Positions 10,017 to 17,543 of a stretch of DNA of 64,000 nt are shown in pieces. Position 1 is the stretch's first letter. Every line of letters starts with the position of its first letter. The stretch covers positions 37,089 through 101,088 of the forward strand of contig DATIIH010000013.1 of assembly GCA_035479875.1 (NCBI GenBank), read 5' to 3'. The notes beneath the pieces were generated by a model. The model saw only the letters and a list, made by a program, of their open reading frames with translations, was not told where the DNA came from and ran no database searches. A program made the position numbers and the translations under genes. Source of the stretch: Patescibacteria group bacterium (GTDB lineage: Bacteria > Patescibacteriota > Saccharimonadia > Saccharimonadales > UBA4665).

Positions 10017-10652
10017 ATGATTGCATCTGATAAAACTGTGGAAGAAGCCGCCAAACACCTTGCCGCGCACGACCCCATTTTGGCACCGATTATTGCACGC
10101 GCCGGCCTCAGCACCGTCCGCCCACACAAAGATTACTACCGGGAATTAGTTGATAGCATTATCAGCCAGCAGCTCAGTGTGAAGGCCGCGGCCAGCATCG
10201 AAAAGCGTTTTTGCGCGCTGTTCGGCAGCGATAATTTTCCGACGCCCGAGGCCATACTAACTAAGGATGTTGAGGCGTTACGCGGCGTCGGTTTAAGTTA
10301 CGGTAAGGCGGCGTATGTGCACGACTTGGCGCAGCATGTGATAGACGGCAAAGTAAGATTCGACCATTTGGATGGGCTTAGCAACGAAGAGGTCATTAAA
10401 GAACTCACCGCCGTCAAGGGTATCGGCGAATGGACCGCCCATATGTTTTTGATGTTTTGCATGGGCCGCCTCGACATTCTAGCCATCGGCGACTTAGGCA
10501 TTAAAAATGGCGTTCAAAAACTATACGGATTCGACCACTCGACCACCCCGGCCGAGATTACTGAGCTCGCGGCGAAGAACCACTGGCACCCGTATGAGTC
10601 AATCGCCTGCTGGTATATTTGGCACTCGCTCGACAATAAGCCGGCGGTGTAG
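10017..10652 (+). CDS. DNA-3-methyladenine glycosylase II (AlkA-like HhH-GPD)
   Basis: IISQQLSVKAA, LRGVGLSYGKA, VKGIGEWTAHMFLMF, DLGIKNG, WHPYES. Start trimmed to ATG 10017. Confidence 0.88.
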   Translation: MIASDKTVEEAAKHLAAHDPILAPIIARAGLSTVRPHKDYYRELVDSIISQQLSVKAAASIEKRFCALFGSDNFPTPEAILTKDVEALRGVGLSYGKAAYVHDLAQHVIDGKVRFDHLDGLSNEEVIKELTAVKGIGEWTAHMFLMFCMGRLDILAIGDLGIKNGVQKLYGFDHSTTPAEITELAAKNHWHPYESIACWYIWHSLDNKPAV

Positions 10653-10654
10653 GT

Positions 10655-11299
10655 CTAGTCTTTGTCTTCGGGCTTAACGCCAGTAATTTTCCACTCATCG
10701 GCACCGTTGACCACCCACGCCTGGTTGTCATTGAGCAGCACCATTGTCGGATCGTCGGTTCGGCTGTCGATAGCTTCTTGCACCAACGGCCCAAAGTCGG
10801 GATTATCGACATGGGGCATAAAATAATGAGCGCTCAGGTTGAGGCCCTTCCAAAGTACTCTTTCGGCAAACTCGGGATCGTCGGCCAGTTCGACACCGTG
10901 CAAGTCGGTGCCCGCCACGCAGGCGCCGGCACTTTCACCGGCGTACGTCACGCCAGCGTCCAAGACGTCATGAATAACCCTATCGAAGCCGCTGCGCGCC
11001 ATGGCCTCACGCAAGCAAAAGGTGTTACCTCCCATGACCCAGATCAGGTTAAAGGTCTTAAGCTCTTCGGCTAGCGCTGCGGGAGTACGATCATCGTTGA
11101 GGTCGACAACTTTGACGGTAAAATCCAATGCGCGCAAGTACTCCTCGACAAAGCGAATCTTTACCCGCCGCGCCCGGAACGCATAGTAATCTTTGGCGTT
11201 CGGTATCAGCGCCACGCGGACTTTGGCCGCGGGCTTACCGATAAGGTCGGTGAGCACCTTGAGGTCGGCAATTCGGTATGAGGCGAGGTACAGTTTCAC
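10655..11299 (-). CDS. Peptidase S51 (dipeptidase E-like, class I glutamine amidotransferase fold)
   Basis: VMGGNTFCL, nucleophile motif GESAGA, PH motif. GTG start at 11299, 2 nt after the doc stop. Confidence 0.82.
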   Translation of the reverse strand: MKLYLASYRIADLKVLTDLIGKPAAKVRVALIPNAKDYYAFRARRVKIRFVEEYLRALDFTVKVVDLNDDRTPAALAEELKTFNLIWVMGGNTFCLREAMARSGFDRVIHDVLDAGVTYAGESAGACVAGTDLHGVELADDPEFAERVLWKGLNLSAHYFMPHVDNPDFGPLVQEAIDSRTDDPTMVLLNDNQAWVVNGADEWKITGVKPEDKD

Positions 11300-11301
11300 G
11301 G

Positions 11302-11682
11302 CTACTGCTCCACCCGTTCCGCGAGCCATGCGGCGATGTCGGTCACCGTAAGATGATTGGTGGCAACCTGCACCGCAAGGTCTTCCAGCTCACCTTGCTT
11401 CGCCTTAAAAACGACTCCATTAATACTAAGAAAGGTCAGGCCGGCAAGCATTCCGGAACGCTTATTGCCATCAACAAAGGCGTGGTCTGCAATTATTCCA
11501 CGAATAAGTGCGGCCGCCTTCTCGCAGGGCGTCGCGTACAACTCCTCGCCAAATACCACTTGCGTTTGCGTGGCCAGCGCAGCCTCCAGCCGACCCAAAT
11601 CTCTCAGGCCGGCAGAACCGCCGGTTTCTTGGAGTACAAGAGCATGGATTTCGAGCAGTTGTTCTAGCGATAGATTAATCAT
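11302..11682 (-). CDS. doc: Death-on-curing (Fic/Doc) family toxin
   Basis: GLRDLGRLEAAL and Doc motif HAFVDGNKRSG; overlaps the upstream antitoxin by 4 nt. Confidence 0.88.
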   Translation of the reverse strand: MINLSLEQLLEIHALVLQETGGSAGLRDLGRLEAALATQTQVVFGEELYATPCEKAAALIRGIIADHAFVDGNKRSGMLAGLTFLSINGVVFKAKQGELEDLAVQVATNHLTVTDIAAWLAERVEQ

Positions 11683-11900
11683 CGATCGGCGAGATTTTTG
11701 AAGTCTTTTTTGTAATCGGTAAGAATCTTGCGGGCTGCGCGGATGACTTGTTCGTCGTTAGGCTGCGTCTTGCTAACGGGCCGCACGATAAATTCTACTT
11801 CGTCTCCGGTGCCCAAACCTTCGCGGCGTAAATCCTTAACGGGAAGTGTGAGACCTTCGCTCGAACCGATTCTGATAATTTTTTGGATACCTTGAATCAT
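11679..11900 (-). CDS. AbrB/MazE-like antitoxin
   Basis: IIRIGSSEGLTLP...GLGTGDEVEF swapped-hairpin signature; ATGA-type overlap with doc. Confidence 0.8.
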   Translation of the reverse strand: MIQGIQKIIRIGSSEGLTLPVKDLRREGLGTGDEVEFIVRPVSKTQPNDEQVIRAARKILTDYKKDFKNLADR

Positions 11901-11906
11901 ACGAAC

Positions 11907-11925
11907 ATTATAACGTTATTATAAT
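11907..11925. promoter_or_regulatory. TA promoter -10 with overlapping inverted repeat (putative autoregulatory operator)
   Basis: ATTATAA-cgtta-TTATAAT, containing the palindrome ATAACGTTAT. TATAAT on the minus strand lies 6 nt before the antitoxin ATG. Confidence 0.5.
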
Positions 11926-11932
11926 AGAATGT

Positions 11933-12535
11933 CTACTGCCGTTTGGCTTGTGCGGCCGCAACGTGGGAGCGACGGTAGATAATGATTGATACCATCAGCC
12001 AGTTGCCCGTCATTATATAGAGCGGGTAGAGCAACTGCGTGGCGTTAAGCGCGCCTACCGCCAGCGCGCCGAGGGTGCCGGAAACAGCAGATATTGCCCA
12101 CGTAGCAAGCGTCTCGGTTTGTGGCGCTTTCCAAGTTTTTTCAATCGTCAGCCAAAACCCAGTGAGATCGACGAGCACAACAACAATCAATGCCGCTAGC
12201 GGACTCTTGAGCAACCACCATAGCCCAACGCCAACGATCGCCACACCGACTGCCGCCATATCCTTACGATGAAACTTGCCGTAGCCGTGACGCAACGACA
12301 ATACTGCAACAGCAGCGGTAACTATCGTCTGCCCTGCCGTCAGCAACAGCGACCAGCGGGCATGCGCCCCTACCTGAGCCCCGAGTGACACGAGGTTAAG
12401 CAATAACCAAATCCACCAGGTAGCTCGCTCTGGCTTAGTCTTGCCACGAAAAATATCAACCAAGTACGGGACAATACTAATAAACTGGAGCATGCCAGCG
12501 AGTGCACCCAGCGTTGCAAGCAGCGTCGTATGCAT
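11933..12535 (-). CDS. Multi-pass membrane protein (PQ-loop-like repeat, CPR-type)
   Basis: About 7 TM helices and two internal repeats (KTKPERATW / KAPQTETLATW); abuts aspS. Confidence 0.7.
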   Translation of the reverse strand: MHTTLLATLGALAGMLQFISIVPYLVDIFRGKTKPERATWWIWLLLNLVSLGAQVGAHARWSLLLTAGQTIVTAAVAVLSLRHGYGKFHRKDMAAVGVAIVGVGLWWLLKSPLAALIVVVLVDLTGFWLTIEKTWKAPQTETLATWAISAVSGTLGALAVGALNATQLLYPLYIMTGNWLMVSIIIYRRSHVAAAQAKRQ

Positions 12536-13840
12536 CTAAGGCGCCAGGCGGTTGATGTCGCGCGGGAACAAAATGGCTTCTTTGATGTTGGCCAGGCCAA
12601 TCACCTTTTCGGTGAGGCGGTCGATGCCAAAGCCGCAACCGCCGTGGGGCGGGAGGCCGTGCTTAAAGGCCAGCAAAAAGTGGCTGAAGCCGGGGTGAGT
12701 GGGGTCGATGCCAGCTTTCTTCATCTGTTCTACAACGTTATCGTGGCGGTGTTCGCGCTGGGGGGCGGTGCTGATTTCGACGCCGCGGAACAGCAGGTCG
12801 GCCGAGCGCGCCGTGTCGTCGTCGTTAGCCATGTGGTAAAACTTCATTTTGGATTTAGGCAAATTGGTGGCAAAGACCGCTTCGCAGCCGTTGTGCTGCT
12901 TGGAGTATTCGCAAATCCACTTTTCTTCTTCCGGTGTGAGGTCGATTTCTTTGCTGGTGTCTTTGCCGGTTTCTTTGGTAAAAAGCTGGTGGATTTCGGC
13001 CATGGTGTAGCGCGGGAACTCGGGTTTGAGTACCAGCTCTGGTGCATGCAGCGTCTTAAGCTCTTCGCCGTGTTCTTGGTAGGCGCGGGTTACCACGCTA
13101 AATACCAAATCTTGGAGCATGTTGAGCACGTCGTTGTGGTCTGTAATAAAGCCCATCTCGATGTCCAGCATAGTTACTTCGGATACGTGGCGGGTGGTGG
13201 CGCTCAGTTCGGCACGGAAGGCCGGCGCAATTTCGAACACCCGCTCAAACACGCCTACCATAATCTGCTTGTACAGCTGCGGGCTTTGGGCAAGCGTTGC
13301 CTCCTGGCCAAAATAGTCCAGCTTAAACACTTCGGCGCCGCCTTCGGCCGCACCAGACACCAGTTTAGGTGTGTTGATTTCTACAAAGTCATTCTTATAT
13401 AAGAACTCACGGATGTAGCGGGTGAGCTCGGAGCGAATCTTGAAGATGGCGGTTTCTTGCAGGTTGCGCAGGCCGACCACGCGGTTGTCGAGCAGGGTGT
13501 CGAGGTTCTCGGACTTGTGGCTGAGTGGCTTGTCGATTTCTATCGGCGGCTCGGCGGTTACCGGCACCATGACGGTGAGTTTAGCGTCGTGGATTTCTAC
13601 GCCGCCGGGGGCGCGTGGTTCGTCCACAGCTGTACCTGTTACTTCGAGTACCGTGCCAATTTGTAGCCCACGTAGCTTTTCGACTTCGTCTTTTTCTTTA
13701 ATAACAATCTGAGTCAGGCCAGAACGGTCGCGGACGTTGATAAATGTCAGCCCGCCCAATAAACGTTTTTTGTGCAGCCAGCCTTGCACAAGCACTTGCT
13801 CGCCAAGGTGACCTTTTAACTCTTTACTTAAAATGCGCAT
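12536..13840 (-). CDS. aspS: Aspartate--tRNA(Asp/Asn) ligase, short archaeal-type, probably non-discriminating
   Basis: OB-fold N-terminus (QGWLHKKR..GGLTFINVRDRSG), EGGAEVF, LAQSPQLYKQ, FRAE, PPHGGCGFGIDR, LFPRD. AGGAG SD. Confidence 0.88.
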   Translation of the reverse strand: MRILSKELKGHLGEQVLVQGWLHKKRLLGGLTFINVRDRSGLTQIVIKEKDEVEKLRGLQIGTVLEVTGTAVDEPRAPGGVEIHDAKLTVMVPVTAEPPIEIDKPLSHKSENLDTLLDNRVVGLRNLQETAIFKIRSELTRYIREFLYKNDFVEINTPKLVSGAAEGGAEVFKLDYFGQEATLAQSPQLYKQIMVGVFERVFEIAPAFRAELSATTRHVSEVTMLDIEMGFITDHNDVLNMLQDLVFSVVTRAYQEHGEELKTLHAPELVLKPEFPRYTMAEIHQLFTKETGKDTSKEIDLTPEEEKWICEYSKQHNGCEAVFATNLPKSKMKFYHMANDDDTARSADLLFRGVEISTAPQREHRHDNVVEQMKKAGIDPTHPGFSHFLLAFKHGLPPHGGCGFGIDRLTEKVIGLANIKEAILFPRDINRLAP

Positions 13841-13874
13841 CGCTGTCTCCTGGGGTTAATGTTGCGGCTTAGTG

Positions 13875-13922
13875 GGGTCGCATGGCACAGCCCGCTCTCG
13901 CCTTAGGAGCGGCTGCCGACCC
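13875..13922 (-). promoter_or_regulatory. GC-rich hairpin in the aspS leader
   Basis: GGGUCG-GCAGCCGCUC-loop-GAGCGGGCUGUGC-CGACCC; no U-tract. Confidence 0.4.
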
Positions 13923-13958
13923 GGAGATTCATATTAGATTGCGCCGTGTTCATTATGG

Positions 13959-15074
13959 CTATTCTACCATCTCTGTTGCTTCAGGGGAAGATGACTCGGC
14001 TTGGGACCCTTCGGAAGCTTCCTCGGTCTCGGCCGCTTCGACGGGCTCAGTCACCTCTGGCACTTCAGGCTTCACGGCTACCGGCTTTGGCTTAAAAGCG
14101 GCGACTGACGTGCGGTTGTCGTACGCCGTAAAATCGTCAGCGTCATCATGGCTGCCTATCAGCTGAACCATAAAGTGGCTGAGGCTAATGACGCCCAGCG
14201 CTTCTTCGAACGGGTTGACGACCACCAGCATAAACTGGCCGGTGCGCACAAAAGCGTTGAGTACTTGTCGCAAACTAAAATCCTCGTGCACAAAACAGAG
14301 TTGTGCGCGCATCACGTCGCCTACCTTGCCACCCTCTTTGGCGGCCAGCGCATCACGCAAAAAGAGAGTGCCTACCACGTTGTCGGCAGTACCTTGGTAT
14401 ACCAAAAAACTGTCTTGCTTACTCTTATGGAGGTCGGCTAGTAGTATCGGCCCGAGGTGCTCATCGACGTTTACCAGATGCAAGCGCGACATCGGCTGGG
14501 CGAGGTCGGCAGCGCGATGATCGTCAAACTGCACCACGCGCTCGAGCAGTGCCAGGTCGCGCTTTGCAATACGGTTGTCGAGCTGGTCCTGCTGCTGGCG
14601 GAGCAAGGCTACAAAATCTTCTTTTTCGTATAGACCACTGTGGGCATCTTGGTCGCGACGGCTGTTGACAAGCTGGGCCAAGATAGCAAAAGGTCGGTGC
14701 ACGTAATTGAGCAGCCAGGTAAGCGCCGGAGCGGCCGTGACCGCCAAACGAGCACTGCGCACGGTGAGCCTCAATGACTGAATGGCGATAACTGCGGCCA
14801 GGCTCAGGCCAATCATAATGAATGCCGGCACGCCGACGAGTGAATTAGCGAACAGTACAAAACCGAGCGTCGTACTGACGCCAAACAGGAGCCACAGCAG
14901 CAGCCGCATGCTCTCGCCGTAAGCCACCGGCCGGTATAAGGCCTCTGCCAAGTGATCGCCGCGAGCAGCCAAACGCTTAAGCTCTTTTACTGGTACGCAA
15001 CTATAAAAACGCTGCAATGCTAAACAGAATAAACCAAAGGCGACTAATACAAGGGCAAAGATTGATGCTACCAT
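13959..15074 (-). CDS. CNNM (DUF21)/CBS-domain membrane protein, hemolysin/CorC-like
   Basis: N-terminal TM bundle, tandem CBS-like repeats (V.NVVGTLFLRD; VVVNPFEEALGVISL). Confidence 0.8.
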   Translation of the reverse strand: MVASIFALVLVAFGLFCLALQRFYSCVPVKELKRLAARGDHLAEALYRPVAYGESMRLLLWLLFGVSTTLGFVLFANSLVGVPAFIMIGLSLAAVIAIQSLRLTVRSARLAVTAAPALTWLLNYVHRPFAILAQLVNSRRDQDAHSGLYEKEDFVALLRQQQDQLDNRIAKRDLALLERVVQFDDHRAADLAQPMSRLHLVNVDEHLGPILLADLHKSKQDSFLVYQGTADNVVGTLFLRDALAAKEGGKVGDVMRAQLCFVHEDFSLRQVLNAFVRTGQFMLVVVNPFEEALGVISLSHFMVQLIGSHDDADDFTAYDNRTSVAAFKPKPVAVKPEVPEVTEPVEAAETEEASEGSQAESSSPEATEMVE

Positions 15075-15119
15075 GCACTCATCTTACGCCATCCGGCCGC
15101 TGTTTTTCAAAATGATTAC

Positions 15120-16454
15120 TCATCGGTGCCTCGCGCGTGCACCCGGCCGGGCGTGGGCAACTTTGCGCGTCGTGAGTAAACGGTATTCTTCGCGCTCACC
15201 TAAGTAATAGCCAACCATCATCAGGAGTACCACGATGTAACCTGACCAAATGAGCCAGAGCGTATTCTTAGCGCCTCCCATAAGTTGACTGAGTAGGTTT
15301 CCGCCCTTTACGACGTTGGTCGTAGTGGCGACCGTCTGGCCGATGGTCGCCACCAGCTGCGTAACACTTAGACCTCCCTTGGCGTCGGTGACCGTGACCG
15401 AGATCAAATAGGTCCGCGACGTATGGTAGCTATGCACCAGTGTGAACGGAGCGCCGCTGCTGTATTCCTGACCATTGCCATTGCCATCATCCCAGTCTAC
15501 GTTTACGGTGTACGGCGCTGTGCCGCCGGCGATGCTCATCACCCAGGTGGTATCCTGTCCGGGCGTACGCGCTTCGTAAGCATGGTCGACACTCAGCCGC
15601 GGCACCGAAGCAGTTGAACTCAGCAAGTTAGATAAGTAGGCGACAACATCGATGGTAATCGTAGGGAACACAAGCACCTTGCCATCCGGTGTAACTGCCG
15701 TGATATCTACGTGGTGCACACCCAGAGGCAAAGGTTGGTCGAGGGTGCAGCTCCAAAAACCGCGAGAGTTAGCTACCGTCTGACAGACAGCAAGCACCGA
15801 ATGAAACGTAACGGTAATGCGCGAAAACGGCGGCGCGAAACCGCTAATCGTCGGGCGATCACTTGTCAGCCACACAGTGTCAGAGCCCGAAGAGTAAGAA
15901 TTGCCGTCGAGGCCCGTCACTACTAGTGTGGTAGGTGGGGGGGTGTTGTCTGACGGCGGGGTGGACGTAACGTGGTCATAATATACCGTAATAGGTGGTG
16001 TGGGCGGACCCGCGTCGTCGGTAAGGTTGTAGTCTTGCACCACGATTACGTTGGCGCCTTCCGACAGCGTTACTGGCAACGAGTACTTCTGGCTGCTGGT
16101 ACACGGTGCCGAACCAGCAAAGACATGATTCACCGTAGCCGTCACATATGTCTGCAGAGGACAGCTGCCGCTCACCGCTTGGATAGCAGTTTGGACATGC
16201 AGATTATCGGTGGGCGATTCGATGGTTGCTGGCTCGGTCGGCGGCGCGGCCGAAACTTTGGCAGACACAATAATCGAATCGGCCATCGTCCGGACAGTCA
16301 TGCCCACAATCAAAACACCGACACACAAAAGCACCATCACCGTAAAGGGATGGAGTAAAAAGCGCTTGTGTAGCGGTCTGGCTTTTTTGATCGTCTGTTT
16401 GGCTTTGAGGTGAACGCTGCGGCTCACCGGCCGTTTGGTTTTTGTTGTTTTCAT
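15120..16454 (-). CDS. Membrane-anchored protein with bacterial Ig-like and PKD-like domains
   Basis: TM helices at both ends; RPTISGFAPP..FWSCT Ig-like unit; GGTAPYTVNVDWDDG PKD-like unit. Confidence 0.7.
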   Translation of the reverse strand: MKTTKTKRPVSRSVHLKAKQTIKKARPLHKRFLLHPFTVMVLLCVGVLIVGMTVRTMADSIIVSAKVSAAPPTEPATIESPTDNLHVQTAIQAVSGSCPLQTYVTATVNHVFAGSAPCTSSQKYSLPVTLSEGANVIVVQDYNLTDDAGPPTPPITVYYDHVTSTPPSDNTPPPTTLVVTGLDGNSYSSGSDTVWLTSDRPTISGFAPPFSRITVTFHSVLAVCQTVANSRGFWSCTLDQPLPLGVHHVDITAVTPDGKVLVFPTITIDVVAYLSNLLSSTASVPRLSVDHAYEARTPGQDTTWVMSIAGGTAPYTVNVDWDDGNGNGQEYSSGAPFTLVHSYHTSRTYLISVTVTDAKGGLSVTQLVATIGQTVATTTNVVKGGNLLSQLMGGAKNTLWLIWSGYIVVLLMMVGYYLGEREEYRLLTTRKVAHARPGARARHR

Positions 16455-16528
16455 TACGCGCAGCTATTGCGTTATTTCACGTAAATATATAGTACCATAC
16501 TCCAGCATCTGGCGTGTATACTAGGGGC

Positions 16529-17167
16529 ATGAGTAAACCATTTTGGGCGGTTATCGCTATTATCATCGTACTGTTTGGTGGGATTTTACTACTTAACAAT
16601 CACAAGGCCAGCGCGCCGAGTAGCCATGGTGCGGTGGCCACCAATCACGTAGAGGGCAGTACCAAGACGGGCGTTACACTCGTTGAGTACGGCGATTACG
16701 AATGTCCGTACTGTGGCGTTTTTTACCCCGTCGCTAAGCAAGTAGCTGCTAAATACAGCGACAAAATCACCTTCCAGTTCCGCAACCTGCCGCTGCTCCA
16801 AGTACACAAAAACGCCCTTGCCGCAGCTCGGGCTGCCGAAGCAGCAAGCCTGCAGAGTAAATTCTGGCAAATGCACGACCTGTTATACCAGAACCAGGAC
16901 AGTTGGAGTCAAAGCAGCAACGCCCAAGATATATTTAACCAATATGCGACAACATTGAAATTAAACCTTACAAAATTCAAGGCCGACTACGCCAGCTCAT
17001 CTGTTAACGACGCGATTAACGCCGATATCAGCGCCTTCCTAAAAACAGGCAACCAAGAGTCAACGCCCACCTTCTTTTTAGACGGCAAAAAGATCCAGCC
17101 AGTCAACACTGTAGACTCGTTCAGCAAACTGATCGACGCCGAGATCGCCCAAAAAGCCAAAGCCTAG
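16529..17167 (+). CDS. dsbA: DsbA-family thiol-disulfide oxidoreductase
   Basis: EYGDYECPYC, FRNLPL, FWQMHDLLY, cis-Pro loop STPTFFLDG; N-terminal TM. Start trimmed to ATG 16529. Confidence 0.9.
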   Translation: MSKPFWAVIAIIIVLFGGILLLNNHKASAPSSHGAVATNHVEGSTKTGVTLVEYGDYECPYCGVFYPVAKQVAAKYSDKITFQFRNLPLLQVHKNALAAARAAEAASLQSKFWQMHDLLYQNQDSWSQSSNAQDIFNQYATTLKLNLTKFKADYASSSVNDAINADISAFLKTGNQESTPTFFLDGKKIQPVNTVDSFSKLIDAEIAQKAKA

Positions 17168-17215
17168 GCGGATTACACCGTTGACCTACTACTTAAAGCT
17201 AGCTCTCCCGAACGC

Positions 17216-17308
17216 TTAGTACGTCAAGAACTCTTGCCACGACGGACGGAGGATTACCACCGGCACCCGACTGGCGCGTGAAGACACCGTTCTTACTTTG
17301 ACGGACAT
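17216..17308 (-). CDS. Putative 30-aa small protein MSVKVRTVSSRASRVPVVILRPSWQEFLTY
   Basis: AAGGAG SD shortly upstream of the ATG and a consensus sigma70 promoter ~110 nt upstream. Below the ORF-track cutoff. Confidence 0.6.
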   Translation of the reverse strand: MSVKVRTVSSRASRVPVVILRPSWQEFLTY

Positions 17309-17419
17309 ATATACTCCTTTGCGATGCGTTGATTCCTCACACAAATCACAGAATCGCGCTATTTTATTTTTTGTACTCACTTTTTTGTCTTTCAGCGGTA
17401 TTTCCGCGGAAGTGCTGGG

Positions 17420-17449
17420 ATAATATCAAACACCGCTTGTGCTTGTCAA
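17420..17449 (-). promoter_or_regulatory. Sigma70-type promoter
   Basis: TTGACA (17449-17444), 18-nt spacer ending in TGa, TATTAT (17425-17420). Confidence 0.65.
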
Positions 17450-17543
17450 GTTTCTCTCAGATCTATCTCCCAAAATCTGCGGACAGGATTCAGTATATCG
17501 CACGCCGCAACACCAAGGCGGTGTAATTTTGTACTAAGGGCAG

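Noticed and set aside
9935-10129. N-terminal extension of the 664-aa ORF
   Set aside because: Overlaps alkA on the opposite strand; ATG 9934 is the plausible start.
12530-13402. 290-aa plus-strand ORF
   Set aside because: Antisense shadow of aspS; no motifs or initiation signals.
13841-13958. T-box or SRP RNA upstream of aspS
   Set aside because: No UGGN antiterminator bulge or specifier loop, and no SRP GGAA-loop motif.
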